Origin: Eledone cirrhosa
Taxonomy: Eukaryota
Length of the DNA: 64,000 nucleotides
Assembly: GCA_964016885.1 (NCBI GenBank)
Contig: OZ024744.1
Coordinates: 47,058,001-47,122,000 of the forward strand
Direction: 5' to 3'
The notes below the pieces were generated by a model. It did no database searches. It saw nothing but the letters and a program-made list of their open reading frames with translations, and was not told where the DNA came from. A program made the translations under genes and the position numbers. Positions 35,910 to 48,600 of this stretch are shown here, piece after piece; the stretch's first letter is position 1, and each line of letters opens with the position of its first letter.

Positions 35910-38900
35910 GGGCTGGGTGCTTTTTGCCGTGTCTTTCACATGTCCACTTTACAGTGTGGGCTGTGTGCTTTTTGCAGTGTCTTTCACACGTCAACTTTAC
36001 AGTGTGGGCCGGGTGCTTTTTGCTGTGTCTTTCACATGTCCACTTCACAGTGTGGGCTGGGTGCTTTTTGCTGTGTCTTTCACATGTCCACTTTACAGTG
36101 TGGGCTGGGTGCTTTTTGCTGTGTCTTTCACATGTCCACTTTACAGTGTGGGCCTGGTGCTTTTTTCAGTGTCTTTCACATGTCCACTTCACGGTGTGGG
36201 CGGGGTGCTTTTTGCTGTGTCTTTCACATGTCCACTTTACAATGTGGGCTGGGTGCTTTTTGCTGTGTCTTTCAAATGTCCACTTTACAATGTGGGCTGG
36301 GCGCTTTTTGCTATTTCTTTCACATGTCAACTTTACAATGTGGGCTGGGTGCTTTTTACTGTGTCTTTCACATGTCCACTTTACAGTGTGGGCTGGGTGC
36401 TTTTTTCAGTGTCTTTCACACGTGCACTTTACAGTGTGGGCTGGGTGCTTGCTGCTGTGTCTTTCTCACGTCCACTTTACAGTGTGGGCTGGGTGCTTTT
36501 TGCTGTGTCTTTGACATGTCCACTTTACAGTGTGGGCTGGGTGCTTTTTTCAGTGTCTTTCACACGTCCACTTTACAGTGTGGGCTGGGTGCTTGTTGCT
36601 GTGTCTTTCTCACCTCCACTTCACAGTGTGGGCTGGGTGCTTTTTGCTGTGTCTTTCACATGTCCACTTTACAGTGTGGGCTGGGTGCTTTTTGCTGTGT
36701 CTTTCACATGTCTACTTAATAGTGTGGGCTGGGTGCTTTTTGCTGTGTCTTTCACATGTCCACTTTACAATGTGGGCTGGGTGCTTTTTGCTGTGTCTTT
36801 CACATGTCCACTTTACAATGTGGACTGGGTGCTTTTTGCTGTGTCTTTCACATGTCCACTTTACAGTGTGGGCTGGGTGCTTTTTGCTGTGTCTTTCACA
36901 TGTCCACTTCACAGTGTGGGCTGGGTGCTTTTTGCTGTGTCTTTCACATGTCCACTTTACAGTGTGGGCTGGGTGCTTTTTGCTGTGTCTTTCACATGTC
37001 CACGTTACAGTGTGGGCTGGGTGCTTTTTGCTGTGTCTTTCACATGTCCACTTTACAATGTGGGCTGGGTGCTTTTTGCTGTGTCTTTCACATGTCCACT
37101 TCACAGTGTTGGCTGGGTGCTTTTTGCTGTGTCTTTCACATGTCCACTTTACAATGTGGGCTGGGTGCTTTTTGCTGTGTCTTTCACATGTCCACTTTAC
37201 AATGTGGGCTGGGTGCTTTTTGCTGTGTCTTTCACATGTCCACTTTACAGTTTGGGTTGAGCGCTTTTTGCAGTGTCTTTCACACGTCAACTTTACAGTG
37301 TGGGCTGGGTGCTTTTTACTGTGTCTTTCACATGTCCACTTTACAGTGTGGGCTGGGTGCTTTTTGCTGTGTCTTTCACATGTCGACTTTACAGTGTGGG
37401 CTGGGTGCTTTTTGCAGTGTCTTTCACACATCCACTTTACAGTGTGGGCTGGGTGCTTTTTGCTGTGTCTTTCACACGTCCACTTTACAGTGTGGGCTGG
37501 GTGCTTTTTGCCGTGTCTTTCACATGTCCACTTTACAGTGTGGGCTGTGTGCTTTTTGCAGTGTCTATCACACGTCAACTTTACAGTGTGGGCTGGGTGC
37601 TTTTTGCTGTGTCTTTCACATGTTCACTTCACAGTGTGGGCTGGGTGCTTTTTGCTGTGTCTTTCACATGTCCACTTTACAGTGTGGGCTGGGTGCTTTT
37701 TGCTGTGTCTTTCACATGTCCACTTTACAGTGTGGGCTTGGTGCTTTTTTCAGTGTCTTTCACATGTCCACTTCACGGTGTGGGCGGGGTGCTTTTTGCT
37801 GTGTCTTTCACATGTCCACTTTACAATGTGGGCTGGGTGCTTTTTGCTGTGTCTTTCAAATGTCCACTTTACAATGTGGGCTGGGCGCTTTTTGCAGTGT
37901 CTTTCAAACGTCAACTTTACAGTGTGGGCTGGGTGCTTTGTACTGTGTCTTCCACATGTCCACTTTACAGTGTGGGCTGGGTGCGTTTTGCTGTGTCTTT
38001 CACATGTCCACTTTACAGTGTGGGCTGGGTGCTTTTTGCATTGTCTTTCACACGTCCACTTTACAGTGTGGGCTGGGTACTTTTTGCTGTGTCTTTCACA
38101 CGTCCACTTTACAGTGTAGGCTGGGTGCTTTTTGCTGTGTCTTTCACATGTCCACTTTACAGTGTGGGCTGGGTGCTTTTTGCTGTGTCTTTCACATGTC
38201 CACTTTACAGTGTGGGCTGGGTGCTTTTTGCTGTGTCTTTCACATGTCCACTTTATAGTGTGGGCTGGGTGCTTTTTGCTGTGTCTTTCACATGTCCACT
38301 TTACAATGTGAGCTGGGTGCTTTTTTCTGTGTCTTTCACATGTCCACTTTACAGTGTGGGCTGGGTGCTTGTTGCTGTGTCTTTCTCACGTCCACTTTAC
38401 AGTGTGGGCTGGGTGCTTTTTGCTGTGGCTTTCACATGTCCACTTTACATTGTGGGCTAGGTGCTTTTTTCAGTGTCTTTCACACGTCCACTTTACATTG
38501 TGGGCTGGGTGCTTGTTGTTGTGTCTTTCTCACGTCCACTTTACAGTGTGGGCTGGGTGCTTTTTGCTGTGTCTTTCACATGTCCACTTTACAGTGTGGG
38601 CTGGGTGCCTTTTTCAGTGTCTTTCACATGTCCACTTTACAGTGTGGGCTGGGCGCTTTTTGCAGTGTCTTTCAAACGTCAACTTTACAGTGTGGGCTGG
38701 GTGCTTTTTGCCGTGTCTTTCACATGTCCACTTTACAGTGTGGGCTGTGTGCTTTTTGCAGTGTCTTTCACACGTCAACTTTACAGTGTGGGCCGGGTGC
38801 TTTTTGCTGTGTCTTTCACATGTCCACTTCACAGTGTGGGCTGGGTGCTTTTTGCTGTGTCTTTCACATGTCCACTTTACAGTGTGGGCTGGGTGCTTTT

Positions 38901-41480
38901 TGCTGTGTCTTTCACATGTCCACTTTACAGTGTGGGCCTGGTGCTTTTTTCAGTGTCTTTCACATGTCCACTTCACGGTGTGGGCGGGGTGCTTTTTGCT
39001 GTGTCTTTCACATGTCCACTTTACAATGTGGGCTGGGTGCTTTTTGCTGTGTCTTTCAAATGTCCACTTTACAATGTGGGCTGGGCGCTTTTTGCTATTT
39101 CTTTCACATGTCAACTTTACAATGTGGGCTGGGTGCTTTTTACTGTGTCTTTCACATGTCCACTTTACAGTGTGGGCTGGGTGCTTTTTTCAGTGTCTTT
39201 CACACGTGCACTTTACAGTGTGGGCTGGGTGCTTGCTGCTGTGTCTTTCTCACGTCCACTTTACAGTGTGGGCTGGGTGCTTTTTGCTGTGTCTTTGACA
39301 TGTCCACTTTACAGTGTGGGCTGGGTGCTTTTTTCAGTGTCTTTCACACGTCCACTTTACAGTGTGGGCTGGGTGCTTGTTGCTGTGTCTTTCTCACCTC
39401 CACTTCACAGTGTGGGCTGGGTGCTTTTTGCTGTGTCTTTCACATGTCCACTTTACAGTGTGGGCTGGGTGCTTTTTGCTGTGTCTTTCACATGTCTACT
39501 TAATAGTGTGGGCTGGGTGCTTTTTGCTGTGTCTTTCACATGTCCACTTTACAATGTGGGCTGGGTGCTTTTTCTGTGTCTTTCACATGTCCACTTTACA
39601 ATGTGGACTGGGTGCTTTTTGCTGTGTCTTTCACATGTCCACTTTACAGTGTGGGCTGGGTGCTTTTTGCTGTGTCTTTCACATGTCCACTTCACAGTGT
39701 GGGCTGGGTGCTTTTTGCAGTGTCTTTCACATGTCCACTTTACAGTGTGGGCTGGGTGCTTTTTGCTGTGTCTTTCACATGTCCACGTTACAGTGTGGGC
39801 TGGGTGCTTTTTGCTGTGTCTTTCACATGTCCACTTTACAATGTGGGCTGGGTGCTTTTTGCTGTGTCTTTCACATGTCCACTTCACAGTGTTGGCTGGG
39901 TGCTTTTTGCTGTGTCTTTCACATGTCCACTTTACAATGTGGGCTGGGTGCTTTTTGCTGTGTCTTTCACATGTCCACTTTACAATGTGGGCTGGGTGCT
40001 TTTTGCTGTGTCTTTCACATGTCCACTTTACAGTTTGGGTTGAGCGCTTTTTGCAGTGTCTTTCACACGTCAACTTTACAGTGTGGGCTGGGTGCTTTTT
40101 ACTGTGTCTTTCACATGTCCACTTTACAGTGTGGGCTGGGTGCTTTTTGCTGTGTCTTTCACATGTCGACTTTACAGTGTGGGCTGGGTGCTTTTTGCAG
40201 TGTCTTTCACACATCCACTTTACAGTGTGGGCTGGGTGCTTTTTGCTGTGTCTTTCACACGTCCACTTTACAGTGTGGGCTGGGTGCTTTTTGCCGTGTC
40301 TTTCACATGTCCACTTTACAGTGTGGGCTGTGTGCTTTTTGCAGTGTCTATCACACGTCAACTTTACAGTGTGGGCTGGGTGCTTTTTGCTGTGTCTTTC
40401 ACATGTTCACTTCACAGTGTGGGCTGGGTGCTTTTTGCTGTGTCTTTCACATGTCCACTTTACAGTGTGGGCTGGGTGCTTTTTGCTGTGTCTTTCACAT
40501 GTCCACTTTACAGTGTGGGCTTGGTGCTTTTTTCAGTGTCTTTCACATGTCCACTTCACGGTGTGGGCGGGGTGCTTTTTGCTGTGTCTTTCACATGTCC
40601 ACTTTACAATGTGGGCTGGGTGCTTTTTGCTGTGTCTTTCAAATGTCCACTTTACAATGTGGGCTGGGCGCTTTTTGCAGTGTCTTTCAAACGTCAACTT
40701 TACAGTGTGGGCTGGGTGCTTTGTACTGTGTCTTCCACATGTCCACTTTACAGTGTGGGCTGGGTGCGTTTTGCTGTGTCTTTCACATGTCCACTTTACA
40801 GTGTGGGCTGGGTGCTTTTTGCATTGTCTTTCACACGTCCACTTTACAGTGTGGGCTGGGTACTTTTTGCTGTGTCTTTCACACGTCCACTTTACAGTGT
40901 AGGCTGGGTGCTTTTTGCTGTGTCTTTCACATGTCCACTTTACAGTGTGGGCTGGGTGCTTTTTGCTGTGTCTTTCACATGTCCACTTTACAGTGTGGGC
41001 TGGGTGCTTTTTGCTGTGTCTTTCACATGTCCACTTTATAGTGTGGGCTGGGTGCTTTTTGCTGTGTCTTTCACATGTCCACTTTACAATGTGAGCTGGG
41101 TGCTTTTTTCTGTGTCTTTCACATGTCCACTTTACAGTGTGGGCTGGGTGCTTGTTGCTGTGTCTTCCTCACGTCCACTTTACAGTGTGGGCTGGGTGCT
41201 TTTTGCTGTGGCTTTCACATGTCCACTTTACATTGTGGGCTAGGTGCTTTTTTCAGTGTCTTTCACACGTCCACTTTACATTGTGGGCTGGGTGCTTGTT
41301 GTTGTGTCTTTCTCACGTCCACTTTACAGTGTGGGCTGGGTGCTTTTTGCTGTGTCTTTCACATGTCCACTTTACAGTGTGGGCTGGGTGCCTTTTTCAG
41401 TGTCTTTCACATGTCCACTTTACAGTGTGGGCTGGGCGCTTTTTGCAGTGTCTTTCAAACGTCAACTTTACAGTGTGGGC
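35910..41480. repeat. Tandem duplication of 58 monomers (offset 2783-2784 bp)
   Basis: ORF pairs 37273/40056, 38292/41075 and 38461/41244 differ by 2783. Shared rare variants are CATGTCGAC, GTCTATCAC, CACGTGCAC and GGGCCTGG. Confidence 0.9.
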
Positions 41481-42679
41481 TGGGTGCTTTTTACTGTGTT
41501 TTTCACATGTCCACTTTACAGTGTGGGCTGGGTGCTTGTTGCTGTGTCTTTCTCACGTCCACTTTACAGTGTGGGCTGGGTGCTTTTTGCTGTGTCTTTC
41601 ACATGTCCACTTTACAGTGTGGGCTGGGTGCTTTTTTCAGTGTCTTTCACACGTCCACTTTACAGTGTGGGCTGGGTGCTTGTTGCTGTGTCTTTCTCAC
41701 GTCCACTTTACAGTGTGGGCTGGGTGCTTTTTGCTGTGTCTTTCACATGTCCACTTTACAGTGTGGGCCGGGTGCTTTTTTCAGTGTCTTTCACACCGTC
41801 CACTTTACAGTGTGGGCTGGGTGCTTGTTGCTGTGTCTTTCTCACGTCCACTTTACAGTGTGGGCTGGGTGCTTTTTGCTGTGTCTTTCACATGTCCACT
41901 TTACAGTGTGGGCTGGGTGCTTTTTTCAGTGTCTTTCACATGTCCACTTTACAGTGTGGGCTGGGTGCTTTTTGCTGTGTCTTTCACATGTCTACTTAAT
42001 AGTGTGGGCTGGGTGCTTTTTGCTGTGTCTTTCACATGTCCACTTTACAATGTGGGCTGGGTGCTTTTTGCTGTGTCTTTCACATGTCCACTTTACAATG
42101 TGGACTGGGTGCTTTTTGCTGTGTCTTTCACATGTCCACTTTACAGTGTGGGCTGGGTGCTTTTTGCTGTGTCTTTCACATGTCCACTTCACAGTGTGGG
42201 CTGGGTGCTTTTTGCTGTGTCTTTCACATGTCCACTTTACAGTGTGGGCTGGGTGCTTTTTGCTGTGTCTTTCACATGTCCACGTTACAGTGTGGGCTGG
42301 GTGCTTTTTGCTGTGTCTTTCACATGTCCACTTTACAATGTGGGCTGGGTGCTTTTTGCTGTGTCTTTCACATGTCCACTTTACAATGTGGGCTGGGTGC
42401 TTTTTGCTGTGTCTTTCAAATGTCCACTTTACAGTGTGGGCTGGGTGCTTTTTGCTGTGTCTTTCACATGTCCACTTCACAGTGTGGGCTGGGTACATTT
42501 TGCTGTGTCTTTCACATGTCCACTTTACAGTGTGGGCTGGGTGCTTTTTGCTGTGTCTTTCACATGTCCACTTTACAGTGTGGGCTGGGTGCTTTTTGCT
42601 GTGTCTTTCACACGTCCACTTTACAGTGTGGGCTGGGTGCTTTTTGCTTTGTCTTTCACATGTCCACTTTACAGTGTGG

Positions 42680-45600
42680 GCTGGGTGCTTTTTGCAGTGT
42701 CTTTCACACGTCCACTTTACAGTGTGGGCTGGGTGCTTTTTGCTGTGTCTTTCACATGTCCACTTTACAGTGTGGGTCGTGTGCTTTTTGCAGTGTCTTT
42801 CACACGTCCACTTTACAGTGTGGGCTGGGTGCTTTTTGCTGTCTTTCACATGTCCACTTTACAGTGTGGGCTTGGTGCTTTTTTCAGTGTCTTTCACATG
42901 TCCACTTCACGGTGTGGGCGGGGTGCTTTTTGCTGTGTCTTTCACATGTCCACTTTAAAATGTGGGCTGGGTGCTTTCTGCTGTATCTTTCAAATGTCCA
43001 CTTCACAATGTGGGCTGGGTGCTCTTTGCTGTGTCTTTCACATGTCCACTTTACAATGTGAGCTGGGTGCTTTTTGCTGTGTCTTTCACATGTCCACTTT
43101 ACAGTGTGGGCTGGGTGCTTGTTGCTGTGTCTTTCTCACGTCCACTTTACAGTGTGGGCTGGGTGCTTTTTGCTGTCTTTCACATGTCCACTTTACAGTG
43201 TGGGCTTGGTGCTTTTTTCAGTGTCTTTCACACGTCCACTTTACATTGTGGGCTGGGTGCTTGTTGCTGTGTCTTTCTCACGTCCACTTTACAGTGTGGG
43301 CTGGGTGCTTTTTGCTGTGTCTTTCACATGTCCCCTTTACAGTGTGGGCTGGGTGCTTTTTTCAGTGTCTTTCACATGTCCACTTAACAGTGTGGGCTGG
43401 GCGCTTTTTGCAGTGTCTTTCAAACGTCAACTTTACAGTGTAGGCTGGGTGCTTTTTGCTGTGTCTTTCACATGTCCACTTTACAGTGTGGGCTGGGTGA
43501 TTTTTGCTGTGTCTTATACATGTCCACTTTACAGTGTGGGCTGGGTGATTTTTGCTGTGTCTTATACATGTCCACTTCACAGTGTGGGCTGGGTGCTTTT
43601 TGCTGTGTCTTTCACATGTCCACTTTACAGTGTGGGCTGGGTGCTTTTTGCTGTGTCTTTCACATGTCCACTTTATAGTGTGGGCTGGGTGCTTTTTGCT
43701 GAGTCTTTCACATGTCCACTTTACAATGTGAGCTGGGTGCTTTTTGCTGTGTCTTTCACATGTCCACTTTACAGTGTGGGCTGGGTGCTTGTTGCTGTGT
43801 CTTTCTCACGTCCACTTTACAGTGTGGGCTGGGTGTTTTTTGCTGTGTCTTTCACATGTCCACTTTACAGTGTGGGCTGGGTGCTTTTTTCAGTGTCTTT
43901 CACATGTCCACTTTACAGTGTGGGCTGGGCGCTTTTTGCAGTGTCTTTCAAACGTCAACTTTACAGTGTGGGCTGGGTGCTTGTTGCTGTGTCTTTCTCA
44001 CGTCCACTTTACAGTGTGGGCTGGGTGCTTTTTGCTGTGTCTTTCACATGTCCACTTTACAGTGTGGGCTGAGTGCTTTTTGCTGTGTCTTTCACACGTC
44101 CACTTTACAGTGTGGGCTGGGTGCTTGTTGCTGTGTCTTTCTCACGTCCACTTTACAGTGTGGGCTGGGTGCTTTTTGCTGTGTCTTTCACATGTCCACT
44201 TTACAGTGTGGGCTGGGTGCTTTTTTCAGTGTCGTCACATGTCCACTTTACAGTGTGGTCTGGGTGCTTTTTGCTGTGTCTTTCACATGTCTACTTAATA
44301 GTGTGGGCTGGGTGCTTTTTGCTGTGTCTTTCACATGTCCACTTTACAGTGTGGGCTGGGTGCTTTTTGCTGTGTCTTTCACATGTCCACTTTACAATGT
44401 GGGCTGGGTGCTTTTTGCTGTGTCTTTCACATGTCCACTTTACAGTGTGGGCTGGGTGCTTTTTGCTGTGTCTTTCACATGTCCACTTCACAGTGTGGGC
44501 TGGGTGCTTTTTGCTGTGTCTTTCACATGTCCACTTTACAGTGTGGGCTGGGTGCTTTTTGCTGTGTCTTTCACATGTCCACTTTACAGTGTGGGCTGGG
44601 TGCTTTTTGCTGTGTCTTTCACATGTCCACTTTACAGTGTGGGCTGGGTGCTTTTTGCTGTGTCTTTCACATGTCCACTTTACAATATGGGCTGGGTGCT
44701 TTTTGCTGTGTCTTTCACATGTCCACTTTACAATGTGGGCTGGGTGCTTTTTGCTGTGTCTTTCACATGTCCACTTTACAGTGTGGGCTGGGTGCTTTTT
44801 GCTGTGTCTTTCACATGTCCACTTCACAGTGTGGGCTGGGTACTTTTTGCTGTGTCTTTCACATGTCCACTTTACAGTGTGGGCTGGGTGCTTTTTGCTG
44901 TGTCTTTCACATGTCCACTTTACAGTGTGGGCTGGGTGCTTTTTGCTGTGTCTTTCACATGTCCACTTTACAGTGTGGGCTGGGTGCTTTTTGCAGTGTC
45001 TTTCACACGTCCACTTTACAGTGTGGGCTGGGTGCTTTTTGCTGTGTCTTTCACATGTCCACTTTACAGTGTGGGCTGTGTGCTTTTTGCAGTGTCTTTC
45101 ACACGTCGACTTTACAGTGTGGGCTGGGTGCTTTTTGCTGTGTCTTTCACATGTCTACTTAATAGTGTGGGCTGGGTGCTTTTTGCTGTGTCTTTCACAT
45201 GTCCACTTTACAGTGTGGGCTGGGTGCTTTTTTCAGTGTCTTTCACATGTCCACTTCACGGTGTGGGCGGGGTGCTTTTTGCTATGTCTTTCACATGTCC
45301 ACTTTACAATGTGGGCTGGGTGCTTTTTGCTGTATCTTTCAAATGTCTACTTTACAATGTGGGCTGGGTGCTTTTTGCTGTGTCTTTCACATGTCCACTT
45401 TACAATGTGAGCTGGGTGCTTTTTGCTGTGTCTTTCACATGTCCACTTTACAGTGTGGGCTGGGTGCTTGTTGCTGTGTCTTTCTCACGTCCACTTTACA
45501 GTGTGGGTTGGGTGCTTTTTGCTGTCTTTCACATGTCCACTTTACAGTGTGGGCTAGGTGCTTTTTTCAGTGTCTTTCACACGTCCACTTTACATTTGTG

Positions 45601-48600
45601 GGCAGGGTGCTTGTTGCTGTGTCTTTCTCACGTCCACTGTACAGTGTGGGCTGGGTGCTTTTTACTGTGTCTTTCACATGTCCACTTTACAGTGTGGGCT
45701 GGGTGCTTGTTGCTGTGTCTTTCTCACGTCCACTTTACAGTGTGGGCTGGGTGCTTTTTGCTGTGTCTTTCACATGTCCACTTTACAGTGTGGGCTGGGT
45801 GCTTTTTTCAGTGTCTTTCACACGTCCACTTTACAGTGTGGGCTGGGCGCTTTTTGCAGTGTCTTTCAAACGTCAACTTTACAGTGTGGGCTGGGTGCTT
45901 TTTACTGTGTCTTTCACATGTCCACTTTACAGTGTGGGCTGGGTGCTTGTTGCTGTGTCTTTCTCACGTCCACTTTACAGTGTGGGCTGGGTGCTTTTTG
46001 CTGTGTCTTTCACATGTCCACTTTACAGTGTGGGCTGGGTGCTTTTTTCAGTGTCTTTCACATGTCCACTTTACAGTGTGGGCTGGGTGCTTTTTGCTGT
46101 GTCTTTCACATGTCCACTTAATAGTGTGGGCTGGGTGCTTTTTGCTGTGTCTTTCACATGTCCACTTTACAATGTGGGCTGGGTACTTTTTGCTGTGTCT
46201 TTCACATGTCCACTTTACAATGTGGGTTGGGTGCTTTTTGCTGTGTCTTTCACATGTCCACTTTACAGTGTGGGCTGGGTGCTTTTTGCTGTGTCATTCA
46301 CATGTCCATTTCACAGTGTGGGCTGGGTGATTTTGCTGTGTCTTTCACATGTCCACTTTACAGTGTGGGCTGGGTGCTTTTTGCTGTGTCTTTCACATGT
46401 CCACTTTACAATGTGGGCTGAGTGCTTTTTGCTGTGTCTTTCACATGTCCACTTTACAGTGTGGGCTGGGTGCTTCTTGCAGTGTCTTTCACATGTCCAC
46501 TTTACAGTGTGGGCTGGGTGCTTTTTGCTGTGTCTTTCACATGTCCACTTTACAGTGTGGGCTGGGTGCTTTTTGCTGTGTCTTTCACATGTCCACTTTA
46601 CAGTGTGGGCTGGGTGCTTCTTGCAGTGTCTTTCACATGTCCACTTTACAGTGTGGGCTGTGTGCTTGTTGCTGTGTCTTTCTCACGTCCACGTTACAGT
46701 GTGGGCTGGGTGCTTTTTGCTGTCTTTCACATGTCCACTTTACAGTGTGGGCTAGGTGCTTTTTTCAGTGTCTTTCACACGTCCACTTTACATTGTGGGC
46801 TGGGTGATTGTTGCTGTGTCTTTCTCACGTCCACTTTACAGTGTGGGCTGGGTGCTTTTTGCTGTGTCTTTCACATGTCCACTTTACAGTGTGGGCTGGG
46901 TGCTTTTTTCAGTGTTTTTCACATGTCCACTTTACAGTGTGGGCTGGGCGCTTTTTGCAGTGTCTTTCAAACGTCAACTTTACAGTGTGGGCTGGGTGCT
47001 TTTTTCAGTGTCTTTCACACGTCCTCTTTACAGTGTGGGCTGGGTGCTTGTTGCTGTGTCTTTCTCACGTCCACTTTACAGTGTGGGCTGGGCGCTTTTT
47101 GCAGTGTCTTTCACACGTCCTCTTTACAGTGTGGGCTGGGTGCTTTTTGCTGTGTCTTTCACATGTCCACTTTACAGTGTGGGCTGGGCGCTTTTTGCAG
47201 TGTCTTTCAAACGTCAACTTTACAGTGTGGGCTGGGTGCTTTTTACTGTGTCTTTCACATGTCCACTTTACAGTGTGGGCTGGGTGCTTTTTGCTGTGTC
47301 TTTCACATGTCCACTTTACAGTGTGGGCTGGGTGCGTTTTGCTGTGTCTTTCACATGTCCACTTTACAGTGTGGACTGTGTGCTTTTTTCTGTGTCTTTC
47401 ACACCTCCACTTTACAGTGTGGGCTGGGTGCTTTTTGCTGTGTCTTTCACACGTCCACTTTACAGTGTGTGCTGGGTGCTTTTTGCTGTGTCTTTCACAT
47501 GTCCACTTCACAGTGTGGGCTGGGTGCTTCTTGCTGTGTCTTTCTCACGTCCACTTCACAGTGTGGGCTGGGTGCTTTTTGCTGTGTCTTTCACATGTCC
47601 ACTTTACAATGTGGGCTGGGTGCTTTTTGCTGTGTCTTTCACATGTCCACTTTACAATCTGGGCTGGGTGCTTTTTGCTGTGTCTTTCACATATCCACTT
47701 TACAGTGTCGGCTGGGCGCTTTTTGCAGTGTCTTTCACACGTCAACTTTACAGTGTGGGCTGGGTGCTTTTTGCTGTGTCTTTCACATGTCCACTTTACA
47801 GTGTGGGCTGGGTGCTTTTTGCAGTGTCTTTCACACGTCCACTTTACAGTGTGGGCTGGGTGCTTTTTGCTGTGTCTTTCACATGTCCACTTTACAGTGT
47901 GGGCTGTGTGCTTTTTGCAGTGTCTTTCACACGTCCACTTTACAGTGTGGGCTGGGTGCTTTTTGCTGTGTCTTTCACATGTCTACTTAATAGTGTGGGC
48001 TGGGTGCTTTTTGCTGTGTCTTTCACATGTCCACTTTACAGTGTGGGCTGGGTGCTTTTTCAGTGTCTTTCACATGTCCACTTCACGGTGTGGGCGGGGT
48101 GCTTTTTGCTATGTCTTTCACATGTCCACTTTACAATGTGGGCTGGGTGCTTTTTGCTGTATCTTTCAAATGTCTACTTTACAATGTGGGCTGGGTGCTT
48201 TTTGCTGTGTCTTTCACATGTCCACTTTACAATGTGAGCTGGGTGCTTTTTGCTGTGTCTTTCACATGTCCACTTTACAGTGTGGGCTGGGTGCTTGTTG
48301 CTGTGTCTTTCTCACGTCCACTTTACAGTGTGGGCTGGGTGCTTTTTGCTGTCTTTCACATGTCCACTTTACAGTGTGGGCTAGGTGCTTTTTTCAGTGT
48401 CTTTCACACGTCCACTTTACATTTGTGGGCAGGGTGCTTGTTGCTGTGTCTTTCTCACGTCCACTGTACAGTGTGGGCTGGGTGCTTTTTACTGTGTCTT
48501 TCACATGTCCACTTTACAGTGTGGGCTGGGTGCTTGTTGCTGTGTCTTTCTCACGTCCACTTTACAGTGTGGGCTGGGTGCTTTTTGCTGTGTCTTTCAC

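Larger units (their letters stand above)
30290..37900. repeat. Dispersed duplication: about 30290-32800 recurs at +5088 (106 monomers)
   Basis: ORF pairs 30434/35522, 30454/35542, 31442/36530, 31624/36712 and 32185/37273 all differ by 5088. Confidence 0.85.
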
